A stretch of 64,000 nt of DNA from Macrostomum lignano. Lineage: Eukaryota. Positions within the stretch are counted from its first letter, which is position 1, and the number at the start of each line of letters is the position of its first letter. The notes beneath the pieces were generated by a model. It saw nothing but the letters and a program-made list of their open reading frames with translations, was not told where the DNA came from and searched no databases. The stretch spans positions 96,669 through 160,668 of the forward strand of contig NIVC01002578.1 of the NCBI GenBank assembly GCA_002269645.1, in the 5' to 3' direction. Shown one piece after another: positions 52,501 to 62,822 of this stretch. The position numbers and the translations under genes are program-made.

Positions 52501-55500
52501 CATGGTGGCTCTTTAATGTTTGACATGGAGTCACATACATGTTGGACATGGGGCTCTTGAATGTTCGACATGGTGGCTCTTTAATGTTTGACATAGTGGC
52601 TCTTTAATGTTCGACATGGTGGCTCTTTAATGTTAGACATGGTGGCTCTTTAATGTTCGATATAGTGGCTCTTTTAATTTTGACTTTGTGCTTTTTTGTG
52701 TTTAGCATTTCGTGTTTTTAAGGTGTTTTAATAAAAAAATCTTTTTGCACTACTAAGATTCGAACCCAGGTCGCTGCATTAGCAGTCCAGTCTGTTCGCA
52801 TCTATGCTATCTCTCGTCAATTGGAGAACATGAATTGTGGCCCTTATAATTCAATTCTTACAGCAAGTCAATTAGAGTAAAAAGTTATGACATAATCAAT
52901 TTCTCAGTCAGCCAGTATCAGTGTCAATTAAGTTAGCAATATTGTTACGCAATTTAAATCAAGTTTTGTGTGCATTTCTTCGGCACTGTTTTCAACTGGT
53001 TGTGATGTAATCTTTATCACAATTGGAATTCAGTCAGTCAGTTTTGTCTCTAGCATTCTTACAATGCATTTCAGGTCGAAAGAGCTGCTTGACCTTTGCA
53101 AAAAGCATGTTTTTCGAATATTTAATCCCTTTAATATTGAGCAATTTCTTAGCCAAGATGCATGTACCGTCCCAGGAAAATTTCTGATCGAATGGTGCAA
53201 GTTTTAAAAAAAATCAGTCGAGCCATTTTTTCTGAAATCTATCGCATACCTACCTACCTACCTACCCACAGCCAACTCATTTTTAGTATATAGGATGAAA
53301 ATAACGTAGTTAAAGCAAGCGCCATAAGATTACGCAAACTTTTATTCTGAGTAGCAAACTCTTGTTCCAAAATTCGTTTCATAAGCTAAAAATTTCACAT
53401 CATCAAATGAATCTTTCATAACCTCGAAATGTCGGCCTTGCGAAAGTGACCCCAAAATATTCACAGGAGAGTTGTATCTCGGTGGCTTCTGGCGATATCG
53501 TACGTACCACAACCAGCACTGAGACGATTCCGCTCATTCCGCTAACTCCTGAGCACATATAAGCAAGCCAACACTGTACGCAGGCGCGCAGTCGTACACA
53601 CGCTCACACAAGGTGTTACAGCGGCCCTGACTTTGATTTTCTAGTCGGCAGGCATGTACAGTCTCTGGGCCTTGGGGGTTGGCCCTCATGGGTGGGAATC
53701 GCACAACAACCTACTGGTCAATTTTCGTGCACACAACAAGGCCGCGCACGCTTTGCCCCCCCCCTCTGCAGCGCCCCAGAAACGGCTACCGGACATTTCC
53801 CCTCAGGCGTTTCCCCTCCGGCGATTCCCCTCCGGACATTTCCCCTCGCGGCGTTTCCCCTCCGGACATTTCCCCATCCGGACATTTCCCCTCGGCGGCG
53901 TTTCCCCTCCGGACATTTCCCCTCGGCGGCGTTTCCCCTCCGGACATTTCCCATCCAGCTATAACGAAATAACAGAGCTTCAGAACATGCCAAAAAAAGT
54001 TTTGCACGCATGTTCGTCACATCCATGTAGTTATGCTGTTAGATCGCTTTTATTTTAAAAATTATGTAAGTAAAAAGTGAGAGTAGATGGTTTTATTATG
54101 TTTTATTATAGGTTTTATTATAATAAAATTATAATATAATATATTATTATTCTCTTTATTATTAATATATATGTGGCTATGCTGCTATACATACATATAT
54201 ATATACATGCAACTTATGTTCTCTTTGGACATGTCCGAAGGCACTGTTATTTCGTTATAGATGAAGGGGAAATGTCCGGAGGGGAAATATCCAGAGGGGA
54301 AATGTCCGGAGGGGAAACGCCGGAGGGGAAGTGTCCGGAGGGGAAACGCCGGAGGGGAAGTGTCCGGAGGGGAAACGCCGGAGGGGAAATGTCCGTAAGC
54401 GCCCAGAAACGCCTTACCTTGCCCTCATACTGGTAAGAGTCATCGAACCGGAACAGGTCTTTAGGACTCCTCAGCTCAACCAGGTGCCAACCAGGCGAGT
54501 CGATGATGTCCACATCGTTCGTGTCGATGAACTCGGACCCGATGGCCTGGTCTGTGCAGTTCCCTCTCACTCCGTCGATATAATAAGCCACACCAGAATT
54601 AAAGTCGTGAATAACAGTCAGGGTGCCTATATTGTAAAATGGACCTTTGTACATGGATTCGGGCTCTCTGTAGTCGTAGCGGACCATGTTTTGCGAGCTG
54701 TCGTAGCTTAATCTCCCATAAAAGACCGAGTCCAGCGCTTCAGCACGTCCGGCTATCACCTCCCAGGTGAAGGTCATGATTGGGTGCAGGTCAGGCAGAG
54801 GCTTGGTCCTGATCCGGTCACGGCAGTAGGTGCCTTGCGGTGTCTAGAATTGAATAGAATATAAAATGAGTCGAATTTTGCTCCCAGTTTTTTGTCATAG
54901 GAGAATTGCCATAGGAGAATTCCGAATCAAGCGATGTCGAGTGCTCAGGGCCGAGTGTCAAAGCTCAAATTAAATCGAACCTATTTGAACTTTGGACAAT
55001 TGTCAAGTTTACAAGTTTGATTTAAGAATAGGTGTCCTCGCTGGCTGCTAGGCCACTGTTCTCAGAAAGTCAGTGAGGCAGTGAAATTGTCAGTGAGGCA
55101 AATAAAAATGCTTAAAATAAAATCTAACCTGAAATACTGACATTGGAGATTCCAGGTAGTTTCGAAATTGAACAAAGTCGTACACGTGATAGAAATTTCT
55201 CGTAATGTTTGACTCAGTGCGAACTCCGTGCATTTCTATACGCAGCGGGATCGGGGCTGCCGATGGAGAGCTCCATCCGGGTTCTGGAGTGAAAATGGGG
55301 GGGGCAACTTCTTTTAAATTATATAGACAGCTCCTTTCTTGCTGTTCAGAAACAGAAGGCAACATTACAATTTATTTCCAATTATGCATAAAATCAACAG
55401 CACTTGATATAATTTCAGAATTTTTTCAGTAGGAATCACTAATTTTTGTCAGAGTGTATCTATGTCCTAACGGTATACATCCAGCTTCCGACAAAATCCT

Positions 55501-57632
55501 AACAATTTTTTTACAATTTCCACCTTCAGAAACGAGTAAATGTTGTAAATTCTACTCAACATAATTATGAATTATGATTTGGGCTCACTCGAAAAGTACC
55601 AGTTGACCTCTAATTCCGAGTTCATCTCTGGCCAACTCTGACAGCTGTACCATCGGTCAGACGCAATGCCTCGAATTTTCGTGTCGGTGGCAAAGTATTT
55701 CTGGAAAAGGGGGGACACAGTAGCTGCATACAAAATCTAATAGTCTCGTTAGTCAGCGGGCCAAACTTCTCATCATATATCCTGAGTTCGATTGTTTGTT
55801 TGCTAAATAATTAAACAACAGATCCCCTTTTTTATTAGAGGCAGGGTGGCTGTGTGCACCCTGGCGCACTTTAAGCGACAATTGTCACACAACCGGCGAG
55901 AGCCAGTTGTGTGACAATGTGCCCATTTCGCCGACTCCCCTGAGCAGGCACACAAGCGCGCGGATGCGTACGCTATACGTACACTATCTCGAACGATAGT
56001 GTACAGCGGTCCTAACTTTATTTATCGTTAGGCATGTGCACTTCACTGTCTTGGGGGCTGGCCCTCAAGTTGTGCATTAATTGCACGAGCAGAGTCAATC
56101 CGAGATTTCAATTTCGTCCCAAAATTAATGTGACTGCACTTGGAATTGAGGACACATCAGAACGCCATGCTAGACAACTGGGCTATGCCCCACCTGTTCA
56201 TTAAACCAAATCTCCAAACTATTCAACGACTCACAATTCCAAACTCAGGATTCAGCCGAAACATGCTCATCGTATCTTTAGGCACAATTTTTCCGTTCAC
56301 AGACTTGCCAATGAGTACCACCAGCTCGTTTCTGGCTGTCATATTGAATACTGTGCAGGGAAATTCTGCAAGTGATAATAAAAGTGCACTCAAGTATTGA
56401 TTACGACGTAAACGTTTCAGCTCGAATTTTAATTGACAAATCTGTTCCCACCTTTAGAGACAATGAATATCTCTTGAGTTTTGAACGAATAGTACGCATC
56501 GTACTCTGTGCTCTCCTGCAGCATGTTGAGCCGAGCCAATTGCTGCTCAGACTCGAACCACATCTCCATCTCGGTGGATTTGTTGCGCACCTTATCCTTC
56601 ATTTCGATTTTGGCTTGAAAAATATTCGAAATTGACGGTGGCGATGGGCCTGCAAGGTTGATTTGTGCCGGGACACTGCGAATCTGTGAGAAACTTCAAA
56701 TAGCTAAAATACACTCTGCAGCACTAAAAAGTGAGATTTTCAATGAGGCTTTCAACGCAGCTATCATGCTGAAACACTGTTTTAGTAGTCAGGAATAATT
56801 TTAATCCAGGCCAACTGTGCTAATGTCTGGCGTCCGTTACGCCTCCTGGCTCTCCCTACACTGATGGTTCACTGAAGGATCGTTAAGGACGAAGAGGTTT
56901 GCTGAAGGATCAATGGGAGGTTCTTTGGTGTATCAAGGGGTCCTTTGGAGGATCAAGAAGTCCGCTTGAGGATCAAGAGGTCCGCTAGATGATCATGGGG
57001 TCCTTTGGAGGATCATGAGGTCCTTTGGAGGATCATGGGGTCCTTTGGAGGATCATGAGGTCCTTTGGAGGATCAAGAAGTCCGCTTGAGGATCAAGAGG
57101 TCCGCTAGATGATCATGGGGTCCTTTGGAGGATCATGGGTCCTTTGGAGGATCATGAGGTCCTTTGGAGGATCATGAGGTCCTTTAGAGGATCATGGGGT
57201 CCTTTGGAGGATAAGGATGTCTTGGAGGATCGTGGGGTCCTCTGTAGGATCAAGGAGTCCTTTAGGAGATCAAAGGGGTCGTTTGGAGGATCAAGGGCTT
57301 CCTGTAGGATCAAAGGGCCCTTCGAACAATCAAGAGGTCTTCTGTGGAACCAAGGGGCTACTTGTAGAATCAAGGAGTCCTTTGGAGGAACATGGGTCCT
57401 TTAGAGGATCTTGGGGTCATTTGGAGGATTAAGGGGTCCTTTGGTGGATCTAGGGGTGCTATCGAGGCTTCAGTATATACCAAGGTCAAAGCAAACGCTA
57501 AATACAATAGTGCAGAACCTAACCTTCATTTTCCACTTTCGAACAATAAGACGCACGTCCACACTCAGCCAAGCTAACTAGGGTAGCTAGACAGACTGCC
57601 AGCTGGCACCAGTTCAGCTGCCGCTCTCGCAT
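43563..57632 (-). CDS. Single-pass membrane protein, ~982 aa: signal peptide, two ependymin/LolA-like repeats, four PAN/apple domains, TM, short tail. Exons 57632-57557, 56649-56452, 56365-56235, 55700-55589, 55283-55129, 54843-54418, 48824-48723, 48631-48533, 47755-47575, 47486-47307, 46844-46605, 45717-45406, 45227-44893, 44330-44144, 43777-43563
   Basis: All 14 junctions are phase-compatible (2949 nt). PAN pattern CxxxC...C...C...C...C occurs four times; the C-terminal TM is AAAAVFVTTSVIGMVLGIVMLMAVL. Exons 1-2 and the AAG acceptor at 45718-45720 are less certain. The domain names for the N-terminal repeats are inference. Confidence 0.8.
45960..46250. repeat. CT-rich low-complexity tract (intronic)
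   Basis: Seen directly. Confidence 0.85.
47847..48208. repeat. 23-bp tandem array (GGACCAAACCGAAGCAAAGCTCC)
   Basis: About 15 units, intronic. Confidence 0.95.
48289..48420 (+). mobile_element. Possible solo mariner-type terminal inverted repeat fragment
   Basis: TA-CGAGGTGTGTCCCAAAAGTTCCCGGAAT resembles mariner TIR starts; no partner end found. Confidence 0.35.
50667..50724 (-). ncRNA. tRNA-derived cassette in Helitron (copy 4)
   Basis: Minus strand reads AGAGATAGCCTAGATACGAACAGACTTGACTGCCAACGTAGCGACCTGGGTTCGAATC. Confidence 0.65.
52758..52815 (-). ncRNA. tRNA-derived cassette in Helitron (copy 5, best preserved)
   Basis: Anticodon arm CTGGA-CTGCTAA-TGCAG (4/5 pairs) and T arm CTGGG-TTCGAAT-CTTAG; the acceptor stem does not pair. 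Confidence 0.7.
53784..54401. mobile_element. Mutator-like MITE/foldback (618 bp) with repetitive arms and a 9-bp TSD
   Basis: Left arm (GGACATTTCCCCTCC/GGCGTTTCCCC)n is inverted against the right arm. CCCAGAAAC is duplicated at 53775-53783 and 54402-54410. Confidence 0.85.
55838..56135. repeat. Unclassified ~300-bp dispersed repeat (other copies 62488-62782 inverted; partial 53575-53715)
   Basis: Shared blocks GTGTGCACCCTGGCGCACTTTAAGCGACA and CCAAAATTAATGTGAC. Confidence 0.8.
56885..57450. repeat. Degenerate 20-bp tandem array (GGAGGATCATGGGGTCCTTT)
   Basis: About 28 diverged units in intron 1 of the PAN gene. Confidence 0.9.
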
Positions 57633-58074
57633 TTCTGATTTCAAAATTGTTAGCTCCAAAATCCAAAGCAGAAACGAATACCCTGCTTCTCAATGCTCAA
57701 CGCTTTACAGTGTAGAAACCAGTTAGCCTTATGACCTGTAGAGTGAGACAGGGCTTTGATAACAGAGCATGGCATATCTAGGCACAAAAATCTGTAAGTC
57801 AATTGCAGTGCTGAGCTCTTATCAGTTGAGCTGCCCGCTGAAAAGTTTCACTTAAGTCACATGCAATTGACCAGCCAAAGTGGGCTCATGACTGTTAGCG
57901 CGCTGGACTCTAAACAGTTTTTTTTATTTCTAACTTAGCTAGAACCGACTTTCACTGCTTTTCTTAGAAAGCCGTATGCGACCACTGATGCTTTATCAGG
58001 ATTTCTAGATCCAATATGGTGGTCTGTACGGAAGAGTTCATTTCAACCCGTTCTGAGTTTACTCTTTCCTATCT

Positions 58075-59260
58075 CTTCTTGGTAATCCACTCAAGTCTCT
58101 TTCCCTCCCTCTCCCTCTCCCCCGCTCCACCACTACTTCTTTCCCTATCTCTCCTCACTCCTCTCCCTCTCCCTCTCCCTCTCCCTCTCTCTCCCCCATC
58201 CCTTCTACCCCTCTCTCCTTCTCCCCCTCTCCTTATCCCTCTCTCTTGTTCCTCTTCCCAACCTGCCTTTTCTACTTCTCTTCCTCCTTTCCTCTCTCTC
58301 TTCTCTCTCTATTCTCTCTCTCCCTCTCTCCCTTTCTCCCTCTTTCCCGTCTACCCTCTCAGGAAGAATATAAAATATTCCAAACATCTACAATTCGCTT
58401 AAGCATCTGCGCTACCGCGCCAGTGCTTAAGGGTTTTACGACTCTTTCCCTCTCTCCCCCTCTCTCATCTCTCCTCTTTCCCTCTCTCCCCCTCTCTCAT
58501 CTCTCCTCTCTCCCTCTCCCCCCTCTCTCATCTCTCCTCTCTCCCTCTCTCCCCTCTCTCATCTCTCCTCTCTCCCTCTCTCCCCTCTCTCATCTCTCCT
58601 CTCTCCCTCCCTCCCCCTCTCATCTCTCCTCTCTCCCTCTCTCTCCCTCTCTCATCTTTCCTCTCTCCCTCTCTCCCCTCTCTCATCTCTCCTCTCTCCC
58701 TCTCTCCCCTCTCTCATCTCTCCTCTCTCCCTCTCCCCCCTCTCTCATCTCTCCTCTTTCCCTCTCTCCCCTCTCTCATCTCTCCTCTTTCCCTCTCTCC
58801 CCCTCTCTCATCTCTCCTCTCTCCCTCTCTCCCCCTCTCTCATCTCTCCTCTCTCCCTCTCTCCCCCTCTCTCATCTCTCCTCTCTCCCTCTCTCCCCCT
58901 CTCATCTCTCCTCTCTCCCTCTCTCTCCCTCTCTCATCTTTCCTCTCTCCCTCTCTCCCCCTCTCTCATCTCTCCTATTTCCCTCTCTCCCCTCTCTCAT
59001 CTCTCCTATTTCCCTCTCTCCCCCTCTCTCCCATCTCTCCTCTCTCCCTCTCCCCCTCTCTCCCTCTCCCCCCTCTCTCTCTCCCCCTCTCTCTCATCTC
59101 TCCTCTCTCCCTCTCCCCCTCTCTCCGTCTCTCCATCCTCTCCCCTTTCTTCCTTCTCTTCTATCTTTTTTCGGTCTTCCCGTCTTTAACCTCTATTTGC
59201 ATCTCTCCCCTCTCCCACCTTTCTCTTTCTTTCTCTCCTCTTTCATCTTATTCTCAATAT
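58075..59260. repeat. ~1.2-kb polypyrimidine tract (about 30-bp CTCTCTCATCTCTCCTCTCTCCCTCTCCCC units) between divergent genes
   Basis: Seen directly. Confidence 0.93.
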
Positions 59261-59453
59261 TCTTCCCCAGCTCCCCAATTTGCCGAATAGTCACTGTCCT
59301 ACCGAAAAGTCAATTAAGTTGTAAAGCAAACCGATGAACCAATCAGAATGTCGTGATAATAAAGTCCAGATATAAATACGATGGATAGAATAGCTGATAA
59401 AGCGAACACGGTTTTCGATAGCGAAAATTAACAATTGGAATTACGAGAACCTT

Positions 59454-60902
59454 ATGGATATCTGCACAAATTCATTGCTGTTATTTATTAATCTGCTTCT
59501 TGTATCACCATACTCTGTTGGTGAGTTCTGCTTCATAGGTGTGTTTATAAAATGGGACAGATTTTTGACAAGTATTGATTTTATCTTCAGGTGAAGAACA
59601 ATTTCTCCGATGCAGTGGACAAATAAGGGACTTTATTAGTCCGCCGTGTCATCAGTGCAGCTGTCGAGTGAGTGAGACGCTTGTTGATGTCTTCGGTTGG
59701 TAGAAGTTTCTCTCTCTAGAGAATTCTGATTTTTTGACCGAGTACGGAAAAGCCCGTTATTTTATTAATGACTAGACAATCTGATTTGCTTTTTTCCATT
59801 GATGAGTAGATGAGTTCTATTAGTGAGTAGTTGAGCTACATTGGTGAGTAGATGAGTTCTATTGGTCAGTAGATGAGTTCTATTGGTAAGTAGATGAGTT
59901 CTATTGGTGAGTAGATGAGTTCTATTGGTGAGTAGATGAGTTCTATTGGTGAGTAGATGAGTTCTATTGGTGAGTAGATGTGTTCTATTGGTAAGTAGAT
60001 GAGTTCAATTCGTGAGTAGATGAGTTCTATTCGTGAGTAGATGAGTTCTATTGGTGAGTAGATGAGTTCTATTGGTGAGTAGATGAGTTCTATTGGTGAG
60101 TAGATGAGTTCTATTGGTGAGTAGATGAGTTCTATTGGTTAGTAGATGAGTTCTATTGGTTAGTAGATGAGTTCTATTGGTTAGTACTCGTAGATGAGTT
60201 CTATTGGTGAGTAGATGAGTGCCTTTGATGAGTAAATAAGCTCTATTGATGATTTTATTGGTCAGTCGATGCCTGATTAAGTTGATGAAAAGTGAAATTC
60301 ATGCATAGATAGATGAGTACGATCTATATTGATCTGTTTGATCAGTGGACAAGTTGATTTTTGAGAACATTAAATATCTTAGTAGCGTGATATTTGACTC
60401 CATTTGTCAGCAGAAAACCAGAATATGCGTGACTTGCTATTTGATTTTGTTCCCAAATTGACTCGTTATGCAGAACGGCATTTACTCCTGTTGGCTGGCT
60501 CAGTGCCCCAGTGTGGACACCTCTTGCTACGTCACTCAGAATGACGTCTGCTGCCAGAACTGTCGCTCCTGCAGACTTCGCCAGCCTGGCAACCGGCAGC
60601 TGCTGCTTCATCGTGAGCTGGTCCAGCGGCCTCAATCGTCAGATGCGTGCGAGATCAGCCTCTGCGTGGCAGGTGTTGTCACCGAGTTCCGCAGGCTGTG
60701 CCATCCGCCATGCTCGCCAGAGTATCAGCTGAGGTTGCCGGGCCAGTGTTGCCCCAGGTCTGTCCTCTGTATAATAAACAGGGATGTAAAATTACGGGAG
60801 ACTCAGGAACGCTGGGAAATTATTTAGTCGCTTATTCTATTTATATAGTTAGTTAGTCAGTCAGTTGATTAGTTACTCAGTCAGTTAGTTAGTTAGTCAG
60901 TC

Positions 60903-60937
<35 letters not shown>

Positions 60938-61002
60938 CAGTCAGTCAGTTAGTTAGTTAGTCAGTCAGTCAGTTAGTTAGTTAGTCAGTCAGTTAGTTAG
61001 TC

Positions 61003-61081
<79 letters not shown>

Positions 61082-61110
61082 CAGTCAGTCAGTTAGTTAG
61101 TTAGTCAGTC

Positions 61111-61169
<59 letters not shown>

Positions 61170-61170
61170 G

Positions 61171-61215
<45 letters not shown>

Positions 61216-62459
61216 GTTTGTTTGTTTGTTTGTTTGTTTGTTTGTTTGTTTGTTAGTTACAAGTAATTACATTAAAATGCAAGTACAAGCCAGATGCATT
61301 TCTCCAACAGCTGCTTCGGTTGCTCGCTAAAGCAGTTGCGATGCTGCCAGACGAAATCGTGAGACCATTCGACGACCAATCAATCGTGTGCCGGTGCTCG
61401 GTGGCACTCTGGCCTGCCACAAGGATGTCTGTCACGTGCCCAACTGCCCACGTGAGGTGCAACAGATGGACGGCCAGTGCATGAGTTGCAGAAGTGAGTT
61501 TTTTGTCTTTCGCATTGGGTAAAATATTATTTGCCTTCACAATCTCTAAGCATTTTACTTACTTGACTTAGAAACACGGGCAGCTGACGAAGAGCCCAGA
61601 GGCTCGAAACCGGTAGCCCATATTCAATTTTTTTTAAACACGCCGGACCCTGACTCTCTTCTCTCTCTCTCTCTACCTCTCTCCTCTCTCTCTCCCTCTC
61701 CAACCCTCCCTTCTCTCTCTTCTCTCCCCTCTCTATCTGTCTCCTTCTCTCCCTCTCTCCCTTCTCTCCCTCTCTTCTCTTTCTCTATATCTCTATGTCT
61801 CTTTCATGACATGCGCTCAAAGATTCATTAGTCATGACATAATTGTTTTCGAAACGAGTAATTAGTAGTTTGAAGGCGTAAATTTTTAAAAGGGACACCT
61901 GCCTACGAGCGTAAATTATTTAACCAGTTTGAATTCCCAGTTGAAATATCGAACTGGCATGGTGCTAAAAAAGTTTTTGTTCATTTTTCGAATTTTGCAG
62001 AACAATTTGGCGAAGACCGCCGTCTCAGGCGCATGACCAGCTTGGATCAGTGCCTGTTCGAAGGCTCCGCGTACGTCAATGGCACCAGCTGGCGGCAGGA
62101 CGCCTGCACCCATTGCTCATGTCAGGTAGTTCTGCTCTGAAGATACAATTAGCGTGACTGATTTCTGAAAGTAGATTTTGGCTTCTCTGACAAATTGTCG
62201 AAATTTACGTGGGGAAACATCTTTGCTTCTTCTTTCTTCAGGCACTTGCTAAGGTGGTACAAAAATCATATGAAATAATCCCAGACTTCCTTGACGCAAC
62301 CCACAGGCGGGCACGGTTCATTGTCGACGAACTAACTGTCCGATTCTGACCTGTCCGGAGTCGCAGCAGCTGCTGCCAAGTCCGTCAGAGTGTTGCAAAG
62401 TCTGCAGCAGTGGCCGCAGACAGGAGGACTGCGGCGACTCCAGCGGTAGACGCTATCGG
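59454..62459 (+). CDS. BMPER: BMPER/crossveinless-2-like VWC-repeat protein, 5' part; exons 59454-59520, 59591-59667, 60474-60757, 61311-61493 (two apparent 1-nt deletions), 62001-62125, 62307-62459; continues beyond the window
   Basis: Signal peptide; VWC repeats including AGVVTE...GQCCPSCFGC (BMPER VWC2/3 pattern) and CLFEGSAYVNGTSWRQDACTHCSC; GT-AG junctions. Confidence 0.82.
59805..60240. repeat. 21-bp tandem array (GAGTAGATGAGTTCTATTGGT) in BMPER intron 2
   Basis: About 19 units read directly. Confidence 0.95.
60845..61255. repeat. (GTTA/GTCA)n then (GTTT)n microsatellite in BMPER intron 3
   Basis: Seen directly. Confidence 0.97.
61578..61619 (+). ncRNA. Minimal type I hammerhead-ribozyme-like motif (probably decayed) in BMPER intron 4
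   Basis: GGGCAG-CTGACGA-A-GAGCC(CAGA)GGCTC-GAAAC-CG-GTA-GCCC: catalytic core, perfect stem II and palindromic ACCGGT stem III; stem I is imperfect. Confidence 0.55.
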
Positions 62460-62822
62460 GTGAGCTGCTCTGTATTCCTAAATTCTTGTCACATTAATTT
62501 GGGGCTAAATTGGAATCTCGGCTTGGCTCTGCTCGTGCTATTAACGCCCTTGAGGCCAACCCCCAAGGCACAGTGAAGGCACAGTGAAGTGTACATGCCT
62601 AACGATAATTAAATCTAGGGCCGCTGTACACTCCTACCTGTGCGTATGACTGCGTACGTATCCGCGCGCTTGTGTGCCTCCTGCTCAGTGGAGTCGGCGG
62701 AATGGGCAGTAATGCCTCTCGCCGGTTGTGTGACAATGTCGCTTAAAGTGCGCCAGGGTGCACACAACCCCCCTGCCTCTAAGAAAGCTTTGACATTACA
62801 TCAATTTTTAAGCTTAGAGATT

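Larger units (their letters stand above)
48844..53295 (-). mobile_element. Head-to-tail dimer of a non-autonomous Helitron (units 53295-51194 and 51193-48844) inside an intron
   Basis: 5' end A|TCCTATATACT, (GGTA)n tract, 3' CCCCC-AAC/ATC-GGGGG hairpin + CTAG|T, exact CTAG|TC junction, AT target. Contains AGATAGCAAGCATCCCCC and 23-bp ACATGGTGGCTCTTTAATGTTTG arrays. Confidence 0.88.

Noticed and set aside
6893-52815. tRNA-like cassettes as functional tRNA-Ser/Gly genes
   Set aside because: No acceptor-stem pairing, the anticodon varies (GCT/GCC), and the variable loop is too short for Ser.
55290-55365. ORF-track extension of exon 55283-55129 (QQERSCLY...)
   Set aside because: Phase-incompatible with the upstream exon; the polypyrimidine acceptor at 55284-55286 fits better.
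58016-59337. 363-aa Leu/Ser/Pro ORF
   Set aside because: Translation of the CT-rich tract.
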